DNA from: Lama glama
Lineage: Eukaryota
Length of the DNA stretch: 64,000 bases
Assembly: GCA_028534125.1 (NCBI GenBank)
Contig: CM052818.1
Span: 33,296,001 to 33,360,000 of the forward strand
Reading direction: 5' to 3'
Positions 53,103-64,000 of this stretch are shown here, piece after piece; position 1 is the stretch's first letter; each line of letters begins with the position of its first letter. Below the pieces are notes generated by a model, which saw only the letters and a list, made by a program, of their open reading frames with translations, was not told the origin of the DNA and searched no databases. The position numbers and the translations under genes are program-made.

Positions 53103-53380
53103 TACATACATACATACATACATACATACATGTACTTGCATAAAGAAATCCTGGAAAGATATATATGAATAAGTAATAAAAAGTGATTCCCTATAGGGGA
53201 CCAGAAGGGTAATGGGGGAACATGAAAATGGGGTGGGGATGAGTTTTTTCAATGTATACCTGTTCATATATTTCAATTTTTGAGTCCTATAAATGACTCA
53301 AAACCTACTTGTTTACATTAATTTTAAGATTGGGCTAGATGATTTCCAAAGCTCTTTTACTCTTAACATTCTATAATTAT
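52326..53380 (+). mobile_element. MIR3-like SINE split by an L2 (minus, about 52381-52601) and an L1ME (plus, about 52675-53325)
   Basis: Head 'gtggaatagaatgattactggactatgaatcag', core 'aagcctcagtttcctcacctttaaaatgagagg' and tail 'ttgggctagatgatttccaaagctcttttactcttaacattctataatt' lie in order on one strand. Confidence 0.7.
53064..53131 (+). repeat. Compound (AC)n(ATAC)n microsatellite
   Basis: Read directly from the sequence. Confidence 0.97.
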
Positions 53381-55099
53381 ATGATTTAACCTACATTTAA
53401 CTTGTAATAATATAGCCAAATAGTCATCAAGTTCTTTATTTGTAAGGATGCTTAAGTTTACAATTTAAAAAAATTGAATACTTTGGTCAGACCAACATGA
53501 GTATCTTAAAGCAATGTATTCTGTGACTAACACAATCTTCTCCTTCTATCTATATTTAGATTTTTTAAAATGCCTCTAAATTTACTGAGATTTAATAAAG
53601 ATTTATTGAGTACCTACCCTGGGCCAGGCACAGCCACAAACAAGACTGCAAAGGTCTCTGAATTAATAAAGCACTTACTGTAGTGACCATAAATCCTCCT
53701 CATTACAGACGTTAATACTAAATTTAAAAATAATTTTATCACCTCTTTCCCTACATATAGATATTTGTATTGTTTTTACTCTTTTTTTTATAGAAAACTT
53801 CGTCAAATCTGATTTCAAACTTTTGAATTAAATTTGAGCGGGAACCAGCTCATTGTTCTGATAATCCAACTCAGGCCTGCCTTGAACGGGCTAGAAAATA
53901 CTCCTGGCTATTTCAGTGTGTTCCTTAAGCTGGCTCAGGACAGATAAAAATTTATTTATCATTTCATAAATTAGCCACCCTCCTCCAGCCCCCTGGTTTC
54001 CCGTAGATTCATGCTACCAATCTCTCACAGCAATATTAATCTTTGATTTTCATATTGGGTTCAAATATTTCACAGGTAGTCTGTACTTCTCAATTATTAT
54101 AATTGATTTCTTATCTGTTTTCCCACTAACTGTTAGCACTTTGAAGGCTCAGCCCCAGTATTATTCAATGCCTGAAATACATAGTAGCTGGTCAATAAAC
54201 CTTTGCTGGATGGATAAAAGAATGAACCAGTGAACAAAGGAATGATTAAATCACAACTAAACTAAATTAAGGCTAAGTGAAAAACTGAAAAGGAACCAAA
54301 CTACAAGGAAATTAATATTCTGTATTTAGTCTCATTACAAGCATATGGGGTAAACATATAATTTACACGTGGATGTCTTCCAGAGGTAAACCAGAAGATA
54401 AATCTATCTTAAAGAATAGAGATCTTAAATTTAAGTATAACCCCCTTGGAGTGACCCTGAGCTAGAAGCATACCTATCTATTTCAAGTTCAAAACCAAAT
54501 ATTCTAATAAGTGATACCTCCAGGAAAGACAATGAGGACATAAAAACAACAGTGAGAATAGAAACTACAAGAGGTAATTTACTTTTCTTAGTGGCCTAAG
54601 TTCTTTGTGCCAGATATAAGCACTCTGTCATTTGGCCATCTCTTGATTACTACCTTTTACTCATGTATTAGGAGTTAAGAAGTTATAAGTATAATTCCTA
54701 TTAACAAAGATAGGTAAAAATTATTCCAAGATTATCTGAACACTAGAGAATGAAAAATCCTGCCTGATGTGTAATGAGTGGCTCTACCAACTCATTGGAG
54801 GGCACCTTCAAATGCCCCATCTTTCTATAAAATAATGCTAAGTCATTAAACACACACACACAGACATCCACTCACACATGCACACACCCCCCAAAACAAT
54901 ACCACAGAGCTTCATTACTAGGTAATTTCAAAACAAATATTAATGAAAACTACCAGGTAATTTCAAAACAGATATTAATGGTATTGAAACTAATTTATTA
55001 TGACTAATTCTTTTAACAGTATTTAACTTCACTGCACTAAGTACAAAATCAACCCAATCTGCCACAGTGTAACAAGTATAATATTAAGCCTCTTACTCA

Positions 55100-55230
55100 A
55101 GATTTAAAGTCAGAGGACCCAGACTGAAGTCCCAGCTGAGCTACTATTGGCTACAAACCTGGGCAAGTTACTCAAAGTGCCTTAAAAGTGTTTCCTCATC
55201 TGTAAAATAAGGGTAATAAAATAACTATCC
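55100..55230 (+). mobile_element. MIR SINE core
   Basis: 'cctgggcaagttactcaaag...gtttcctcatctgtaaaataagggtaata'. Confidence 0.75.
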
Positions 55231-55941
55231 ATTTTTTTTCCTCATCAGGTTGTTTACTGTAAACCTCAAATGTACTTATGGACTTCATCATCTACTATAA
55301 TACCCAGAAATCTATCATTTGGGCTCTGGCCCAAAATCTGACTGAAAAGATCAAAAATCTGAAAAGAATGAAAATCAGGCCCTAGGGTTGTATTTTAAAA
55401 TGACGTACCAACACCAGGGAATTTGTTCAACTCATCTCAGGGCCTACTGCATTCAGAACAATGACTAGAAGATAGAGACGGCTGAGACACATAGGTCAGA
55501 TGGAAAAGTGAGTCTGGCTCACAGGGATTTTCACTTTTGTATTGAAATGTCTGTTATTTCACCAGAGGTCTGGCCTCCGAGCTTTAGTTCTTCCCAGGCA
55601 CAAAGCCTGAGGTGTGTGTTTGATCATAACCATCACAGCCCTGTGCACAGCATGGGCATGGAACACTCACATCACGGGAATGACAGAGACACCTTTCCTT
55701 ACTGAATCCCACACACTTGGGGCTGGAAGAGCTCTCAAAAATCAAGGAATGTGGAATGATGCTTTGACCATTTAACATCCTTTGTCCCCTTTCAGGTAAA
55801 AGAATTTGAATTCATTAATTTTACAAATATTCTTGATAACCTATTAGGATGGGAACTGTTCTAGACACCTGGGATATAATAATAAAACAGAAGAGACTGC
55901 CTTTCCTCTTACTGCTTAAGATCTGTCACATCAAAGCAGAT

Positions 55942-55966
55942 ACACACACACACACACACACACACA
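55942..55966 (+). repeat. (AC)n microsatellite
   Basis: Read directly from the sequence. Confidence 0.95.
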
Positions 55967-56118
55967 ATGAGCATGGCTTGTTAGTCAAAGGGTACAAAGT
56001 GGCTACAGAATCCCACCAAGTGCATATTGAGATGCAGTAAGTAGACTGTTTTTCCAGGTTAGCCCTGAAGACCCAGAGGGCTACTTAGAAATGAAAGCAC
56101 TTAATTTGTCCTTTAGAG

Positions 56119-56293
56119 CAGCGACTCGCGATGTCAGCTGTGCACTGAGATCATCTGGAGAGTTGTAAAAACTATGAATGCCTGGGTCCCCTCCCCAGAG
56201 ATTCTGAGTTAATTGGTCTTCTGATTTAACTCCCAACCTATGCATTGGGAGTTTTTAAAGCTCTCCAGGGGTAGCCAAGGTTGAGCACCACTG
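56119..56293. mobile_element. MER5A-like hAT MITE
   Basis: 'atgcctgggtcccctccccagagattctgagttaattggtct...aaagctctccaggg...gccaaggttgagcaccactg'. Confidence 0.8.
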
Positions 56294-57059
56294 GCATCGA
56301 GTAGCTCAGAACTTCCTGGGAATTAAATAGCCACCCTGCCCCACCTGTACCTGGGAGAAGAGGATAATTGTAGTCCATGGGCCATCTTCTCCCACACCTG
56401 CAGCTCCAGAGCAGTTCAACTTAAAGCCCTGGGGTTAGGGAGGGGATCCTAACAGTGAGCTTTAAGGCAACTGGATTCTGCTATAAAGAACTGTGTGTCA
56501 CTACCTTATGCACCCAAATGTCAAGTTTCAGTAGAATACCAGTCATTTATTATCCTAAACAGTTAGATGAGAACAAGCTGAAAAAAAAACAAAGAAAAAA
56601 AGAGAATCTTCTAAGTAGTAGTAGTGAATAATTACAGGTATATGTCTGTTTTCTGAAAATTCTGTTAAACACTTTTTATTTATGACATTACAGAAAAATC
56701 AGAAAATATAAATAGAAGAAAAATATCACCCACAATCTATGACTTCCACATGTGTAAGTCATACTTTTTTTTAAAAAAAGAGATTGATACTCTACCCTCT
56801 TTTTTGTAACAGGCTATTTTCAGTTAAAAATATATTGCAGAGAAGACTTCCAGTTAAGATGACAGATTAAGCTGCAGAAGGCCATGTTGATGAGAAGGCA
56901 ATTCCCATTTGTTTCTTCACACTGAGAAAGTCCCAAAGGGCAAGGTAGAGGTACTGGGTTCTGTGGAAGTTGAGATCAGAGGAAGGGATGAAATGAGGGG
57001 TATTGATTCAAAATTTATATAAGATTGCAAAAGAGTAAGAGGGCCTGTTCTATGACTGC

Positions 57060-57348
57060 AGGCCCCGGAACTTCAGGTTCTCAACAGCCTTGGCTTCTAG
57101 CAACCCATCAAAATTTGTAGTTTCATCGTCCTACAAGCAACCAGAAACTTCTACCTCGGGTAAGTGAATGCTTACGTCCTGGGTCTCCTGAAGACCCCAG
57201 TCTCTTTCCAGATTTTGGGGATGGTCATTTGTTCTGTGACCTGAGCTCTTTGATGGGTTCACGAAAATCTGTCCAGCTTTTATCTTGTGGTATGATGGGA
57301 TTCATGTTGTTCTAGCTCTTTACACCACAGTGCTGAAGCCAGAAATTC
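57060..57348 (-). mobile_element. L1MC/L1MD-type 5' end fragment
   Basis: The reverse complement 'gaatttctggcttcagc...tgtaaagagctag...ccacaagataaaagctggac...acccatcaaagagctcaggtcacag...aaatctggaaagagac' matches old L1 5' UTR starts. Confidence 0.65.
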
Positions 57349-57914
57349 ACTCCTAGAATATCAGCAACCAGGCCTCTATGATCTTACACCCACCTCCATC
57401 TCCAGGCACCAGACCAAACACATTCTCTGGAGAAATAAAAAATCCCCCCAGAAAAGACCTACTGATACTGGCATTTGAGGATCTCCCAATGAAAAAGATA
57501 GATCACTGCCTGATAGTTAAGCCCTTAATTAACAAACACTACACACCTACAAATACACAAAAGATCTCTCTCCTTCTCCACCCCTCCACGCACACTCACT
57601 CACACACACACACAGACATACACATGCACACAGTTTCTATTCAGACTTAGTATCTCACTCTTAAATACAAAGAACCACCAGGCTTTTGAGGAAAGCATCT
57701 AACAAAAGAAAGAAGAAACTCAGAGAAAACAGAAAAACAAATTAAAAAAAAATTAATATCCTAAAAATATGATAGCAAAATTTAAAAATTCAATGGAAAA
57801 AAATGAAGATAAAGTGCACACACACACAAAAAACTCCCAGAAAGCAGAATGAAAAAAGCAAAAAGACCCAAGGGAGGCATAATAAAATAAAAGGAAAAAA
57901 AATCAAACACAGAC

Positions 57915-58058
57915 GTCCAGTATCCAACAAACTGGAGTTCTAGAGAAAAAGAACAGAGAAAATGGAATGGAGTAAATTTCAAAGGAAAAATATAAGACAA
58001 CTTCCTAGAGCTGAAAGGTAAGAGTCTCCACATTGAAAGGGTCCAAACCACCTGCACA
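57915..58058 (+). mobile_element. Degenerate L1/HAL1 ORF1 fragment (the element may begin near 56845)
   Basis: Translates to SSIQQTGVLEKKNRENGME* and, after a frameshift, DNFLELKGKSLHIERV. This resembles ORF1p 'NIRIIGVPE..E.ENG.E.I...IEENFP.L...L.IERA'. Confidence 0.7.
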
Positions 58059-58097
58059 GTCACCTTTGGTTTATCCATACTAAAGAAGAAAAAATGG

Positions 58098-58505
58098 TAT
58101 AAGTTTGTTTCCAATGTCTGTGAGTCTCTTTCTGTGTTATAAATAAATTCATTTGTATCACTTTTTTTTTAGATTCCACATATAACTGATACTGTATGAC
58201 ATTTGTCATTGTCTGGCTTACTTAATATGATCATCTCTAGGTCCATCCATGTTGATGTAAATGGCATTATTTAATTCTTTTTATGGCTGAGTAATATTCC
58301 ATTATATAATATACCACATCTAACAAGAAGGTCCTAACATATAGCACAGGGAACTATGTTCAGCATTTTGTAATAAACTATAATGAAAAAGAATATGAAA
58401 AAGAACATATCTGTATCTATATCTATCTATCTATCTATATATGAATCAATATGCTGTACACTAGAAACTAACCCAACATTATAAATCAACTATACCTCAA
58501 TAAAA
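58098..58505 (+). mobile_element. 5'-inverted L1 (antisense part about 58098-58320, sense part about 58322-58505)
   Basis: Antisense L1 'ataagtttgtttccaatgtctgtgagtc...ataccacatc' joins directly to sense 'aacaagaaggtcctaacatatagcacagggaact...tatacctcaataaaaaaa'. TSD-like aaagaagaa(g)aaaatg at 58082-58096 and 58506-58521. Confidence 0.88.
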
Positions 58506-61500
58506 AAAGAAGAAGAAAATGAACAGGCAGATATATTATAAGAAATATCATGGGTAGATTTTATTTGTTTTGTTTCAACAGCAGAGTTGCTTCTCCGCTA
58601 ATTAAGATTTGCTTAAACTGATACTAAAACTGATTTTGCATCCTCAAAACAAAAATATATCAAGAGGCAGCTGAAAACCAAGTCAAGGTAAAGATTCATT
58701 TTCCTCTAATTTAGAGAGTAGGCTGACAATGCAGACGTTCTAAAGATACATGAAGCCATTAGAAACAATTCAAGAAACTATGCTGGAATCAAGAAAGATG
58801 CATTTGTGGGAGACTTACGGGAGCATTTTGGGGCTTATCAGAAGAACTTTTTTTGAAATTATTAATTTGAAGAGGGGAAAAGTAAACCTTAAATAAGTTC
58901 TTGTATTGCCATTTCTTTCTAAGTGAAGTTTTAGAGTAGTAAAATTACAAAATTAGGACCATCAATAAGGCCCTTGAAAGCATATTTCAACATTTGCCTT
59001 CCTTCAAGCAAAAGAATACCTCAATCAACCACAAAGGGAACTATAGGCCATGCTAAACTTCAAAAAAAAAAAGTTCACCCTGAAACAGCTGTCAACATGC
59101 ATTAAACAAGTATTCATAGATAAACTTGTCCATCTATAGAGTGAAAATTTAAGCTCCTCCAAGGTGAAGGTATGTTTACTTTGGGGTCTAAATTAACTCA
59201 CTGTGGTTAATAAGTAACAAAATTAAATTAATTTAGTTAGGAAGGAAAAAAAAACTGTCTATGAACTCAAGGGTATTTGTGTTATAAAGCCTGAGTCAAG
59301 TTTTCCCCTGTACTGAGGCCTGTGTCAGTGTGTTAGGACATCGGGTCACATACAAACCAGCCTATTCTCGGATACGAGTTTTACACAGACATACTCAAAA
59401 TTTTTCTTCTATTTGTCTAAGCTCTAAATCATATTTTTTCTACACTTGGGCATATCCTATCTACAATTTACAGATGGACAGGCTCATTTGGAAACTGACT
59501 AATTAAAATATATTGATCATAAAATATGTACTGTTATCTTTTTTCCTTAACACATCCTAAAGCCAATCTTAGCTGAAAATGTATACGTACTTATCCTTGT
59601 GCAGCATAAGACAAGAATATAATTCAATGAAACCTTTACAAAATGTCAGATTAATTACATTTTTTCAGTGCAGATGGATTTAAGGAAATCATCTCTGAAA
59701 ACAGTACTTCATTTAAAGTAAAATAAAGACATAATTTTCCCTGATAAGTCAATGTGTAGGAGATGCCAAAATATTAAAACCGCCATATATTAAAGATGCT
59801 GTGATATGAATTTTTAAAGTACACACAAGTAGTTCGTGATGATCCTGAAGCAACATCCCAGAAACACTAGGATTCTCTTTGGGTTGCCTGACCCAAAGGA
59901 AGGAGCCAGAATATGATACATAAGAAATAAACCTTTGGTCATTGGGGCTAAAAATCTCGAATTTTAGAAGGATCATTAATATACAACCCAAGTAATATGC
60001 TAAATGTTCATTCACTTAACAAACATCTATTGAATACCTGCAGTATGTGATTTTTCAACTACATCTGCAACTCAGAAAGTCAAGTTGGTATGAAGTTGAT
60101 CACCTCACCCTCAACACAGGTCAGCATGACATTTCTCTAAGACGACTTCTTTATGAGGTTTTGAAATTCAGTGCCATAAAAGTCAGATGCATAAATCACT
60201 TCTGAAGAATACGTTTATAATGTACCGTGCATTGTGCAACGACTTCATGTTTTGATAGACTTAAAAGATTTACTGTTACTTGAGTTAAACAGTAAAGAGA
60301 CAAAGTATCTCTTTGCCCAATAAACCTTAATATCCACCTTGAAAAAAATGTATATTTATGTATTTGTTAACACAATACAAGTAATGTTCTATTCATTCCA
60401 AACTGAAATGTGGTATATAAAACATTCCCTATGTTATATCTGATTATAAATGACATTTAAAAGCAGTACTCAAGTTAGCAAATGCACCAAGGAGAGAGGC
60501 TGAAAAGTGTTATTTCTTGTAAAAATGCGTTGGTAATGCTTTCCTTTTATTGGTTCTAGTACTATTTATTGCTCTTCATTCTGTGAGAGCAATCTTCTCT
60601 TTACTTTTTAAAGAGAGAGTAGTTTGGTTTGCTTTTAACACTACAGTAAGTAAAATGACACCAGGAGTGCCGGAATACTCATTCTGTCTTTTAAAATAAA
60701 TTATGCAGGACAGGGAAAGCGTCAAAAATGGAGACACTTAAGATTACGTTGGGTTCCTTTCTTTATCATGGTTTCCTAACAAACTATGAGAAGGAAGAAG
60801 GACTTCTCAGGGCTCATTTTCATGAACCATGGACAAGGACCCCTAAACTACTGTCCCAGACCTGTCAGAGTCCACACTTTAGGCTCCCTGGATTCCTCTA
60901 ACGGATCAAATCTCTAGGATGACTCTTTCCAGCAAGAGACTGAACGCCAATAGCACATGAAAAGGCATCATCATTATCTCTTCAGGAAATCACCCAAAAT
61001 GATGAGAAGTATCTTTCCTCCCACATCCCCTTGGCTCCCGCAAGACCTATAACTCTAGAAAGGAGGAAAGGAATTGCCTGGGCTATAGATACCACTCAAA
61101 TTCTACTTTCAAGTACAATTCAACACACACAAAAACTGATGGGCAAATCTGTGTATAAGCTTTGACAACGGTTTACATTTACATTTTCCTCTAGAGAAAT
61201 GCCCTGTCTGTGGTCATCTCTCCACAGAGTTGAGACCTCCTCTCAGGCTGTACCAGCCAAGATGGCCACTCACATCCCTGAGACATCCTCTGCACACTAC
61301 CTCATCAAATGACACATCTCCCTTCCAAGCCCAGCTCTGATTTCCCTCTTAATACACCCTATAGAGAGAGGCCTTTTCAGACCCATTATTCTAATCAATT
61401 TGGTAGTTCCTACTTCTCTTCTGCCTTTAGACCCTCTCCAAGTGTTTAGCGCAAGTGGAAAAATTCTGTATGGCTATTGTTGTGTTTCTGCCACTCATGT

Positions 61501-62209
61501 GTATAATAGCAGCTACTACACCCCTGGAGTCAGAAAGAAAAGACAGCCATGCTACCCATCAAGTGGCACCTTGTTCCACCTTGCACCATAAGAAAGAGCA
61601 GGATGCCTTTAAGGTAACCAAGTTTATGGTTAGAACCAAGTGCATAATAATGAAACTTTACTTCAGTTAGGTATGCATTCTACCTCATTATCAATTTAGA
61701 GAAAGGGAGAGTGGGCTATGTGTTTTACTGTCCTTACAATTTTCTAATTGTCTTTATCTGTACACCATACTCAGTAAATACAGATCGCCAAATAACTGAA
61801 TATATACATCCACGAAACATCATCTATTTCAAAGATGGCCATTTTCTAAAGCTGGACAAAGGCAAGAGTTAGACACCTGGTTACTCAAAGGCTCAACCAG
61901 ACCTCAGAGACGCAATGCTGCCAGGGAACGTTTTGCCATCAGTCTCCCGGGGACAATGAGACGACATGCACAGTAGCAAGAGGCCATCAATAACCTCAGT
62001 CAAGTAAGTGGCAAGATCACCTCCCAAGAGGAAGGGTGGGCTAGTTAGAACTGGAAGCACACGGAGAACAGAAAAACAGTTTTTAGCCATTGAAAAGAAT
62101 ATGCTAAAGACTCGATAGGAAATTACCACTGAGCCATAAGGGCCCAAAATGAAATTACAATCACAAATTTGCAGTGGACCAAATCAGTATAGTTCTGGGA
62201 ATTTCTTCT

Positions 62210-62700
62210 ATAATGTTCTACCAGCAGATTGCAAAAAGGGGAAGAGCATGCAGCAAGGAACGCAGGGGACCAAGCATGCGGTCAGGAGGGCTATGAAGGT
62301 GCTACTGAAGCAGCAGGTTGGCAAGACAAGGCAGCGCAGAGAATCAGCAGAATCAGCAGTGTCCAAAGTGAATGGCTCAAGGCAAAGGTCCATGGCCACC
62401 GATCTGGATGGAAGAGACTCTGCAAACCAAGGGGAGAACTGAGATCCAAGAAGCAGAGCAGAGATGATGGAGCACAAGGTACAGCAAACAGGGGAGGTGG
62501 GTGGCAGAGAGGGGGGTGGGAGGAGTCTGGCCAGCTGAAGAGTCATGAGTGGACTGTCATCTCACATACCAACACTGGCAGGGAGGATGGCAGAGGCGGG
62601 AGAAATGGTATGACCCAGGTACTGGGGTTGTCTGCAGAGGTGGGAATGAGTCCTCAGTGGACAGAGTCAGCATGACCACTTGAGGAAAATGGTGCAGGGG
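62210..62700 (-). mobile_element. Ancient L2 ORF2 (endonuclease/linker) remnant
   Basis: Purine-rich plus strand. The minus-strand translation (SAILPASVGM*DDSP...PPTSPVCCTL, FSSTFIALL) weakly follows L2 endonuclease-end motifs. Confidence 0.4.
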
Positions 62701-63039
62701 GACAAAAGGTGACATTTTAATATTTTCTTAAATCAGGATAAGTGGGGTAGGGGGCGGGAAATGAGGCATCCACAGAGGAGGGAAGAATCGAGTTTCACTT
62801 AGAACAGGAGGGAAGCTGTATAAAGGAATAGAGAAATGATAAGAATGAGGGGAATGTTTCCAGGTGAAAGAACATTTTTAGTCCCTGTAATGTTGACTGG
62901 ATTAATCAAGCTTAGAGTCTATTAGTAAAAAAAAAAACCTGAAAGCCTTTGAACTAAGGTACCACAAAAATAACACCACCTCAAAACTACTATCATTGTC
63001 TGCAGACTTACATGAAAGAGATTATATGAAGTGGACATG

Positions 63040-63175
63040 GATGATTTAATTTCATCCTGACAACTAGACTATGAGGTGGGTATTATACTCACTTTAGAGA
63101 AGATACAAAGGCATAAATGAGTTCAATAACCCACCCCAGGTCAGCGTAGTGAGAAAGCCAGGACAGGGACCTGGG
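63040..63175 (-). mobile_element. MIR SINE core
   Basis: 'ttaatttcatcctgacaactagactatgaggtgggtattatactcactttagagaag'. Confidence 0.65.
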
Positions 63176-64000
63176 GGTAACAGCCTCTGCTGCTCAGAAC
63201 CACTAACAGAATTCAGATGGTAGAAGTACTCCCTCTTCCCTACTTCTGCTCCTCAGTCTTTTATCTTTAAAACATTTCTCCTAAAGCTATGCAATACCAG
63301 TTCTCAGCCACATCAGAGAACTACCAGCACGTGTTGGCACAATACTGAGAATGCACTGTGGTGCCGCCCCAGGAACGCGACTCTTCTAACCTAGAACTGA
63401 CGGATGCATTGTGCTGGAGTACAGCTGCTCCTCACTTGCAAATCACTTCCATCAGAGTGAAGGGCTTGGGCTTTTCTTTTTTTCTCCCCCACAACCATGT
63501 GCCACGGTCACACCACGATTACACCACAAGATCTTAGGGAACGCTCATTGTTGAGTCTCAGTATTTGTTTCCTCACCTCCAAAGAACATAAACAACTTGA
63601 GGCTGTCTTTACTTTGTTACTACTAACTCATTACTAAAAAATTACAAAACGTATTCTGTACTATTACCTTAATTCTTATGCGTAGTACAGAATTGTTTAA
63701 CAAATAAACTACAGTAAGCACATCTTAAGAACATCTGACACAAACGTCCCTGTGGCTTTTCGGTAGCTGTATCATTTCCACACCCAGAGGAGGAAGCAGG
63801 TTCCGTCTACCGAAAGGTAATGGGTCTGAAACAAACTAAAGAAACTGCAGGTCTCTTCTAATTTGGCTTAAAAATGACCAAATTTCTGAATGAAGGAAAT
63901 GATAGTAAAGAAATGAGGGTAGCATGGCATCACAAATGAGAGGGGCCAAATGTCAATTTGGCTGCTAGAAAATGCAGGTTCCTCACGTGTGTTGTAATGT

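Larger units (their letters stand above)
27680..64000 (-). other. BABAM2: BABAM2 intron upstream of the exon (continues past the window end)
   Basis: AG acceptor at 27681-27680. The preceding exon (TGEFSARFLLKLPVDF...) was not found by eye in 27680-64000. Confidence 0.85.

Noticed and set aside
62149..62675. Cluster of overlapping ORFs up to 148 aa
   Set aside because: The ORFs have non-ATG or weak starts, no recognisable protein and no splice context. A stop-poor, purine-rich old L2 remnant explains them better.
63758..63815. 9-bp inverted repeat tttcggtag/ctaccgaaa
   Set aside because: The spacer is about 40 nt and does not pair; this is expected by chance.
1..64000. CRISPR array, operon or other novel multi-gene system
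   Set aside because: This is eukaryotic intronic DNA with no regularly spaced repeat-spacer array and no long intact ORFs. All long-range structure is explained by one host exon plus transposon remnants.

Overview
Mammalian genomic DNA: AT-rich, CpG-depleted and dense in repeats. It is almost certainly camelid, because it carries two tRNA-Ala-derived Vic-1-type SINEs and artiodactyl-type L1 and LTR copies, and I saw no Alu, Bov-tA, PRE or CAN SINEs. The window lies inside the BABAM2 (BRE/BRCC45) gene on the minus strand. It holds one recognisable coding exon (27570-27679, [36 protein letters not shown][H]) between very long introns. The rest is L1, L2, L3/CR1, MIR, hAT MITE and ERV LTR remnants plus unique intronic DNA. 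None of the supplied ORFs looks like an independent gene. I found no evidence for a new multi-gene system. The best leads are: (1) a complete MER41-like solo LTR with an intact GAS/STAT site inside a gene whose product sits in the BRISC interferon-receptor deubiquitinase complex; (2) a near-perfect ETS-CRE composite motif deep in the intron; (3) an exact 39-bp templated copy 3.8 kb from its likely donor; (4) a sense-oriented SINE and weak AAG acceptor at the exon; (5) several informative retrotransposition structures. Repeat family names come from recalled consensus sequences, not a database search, and old-repeat boundaries are approximate.
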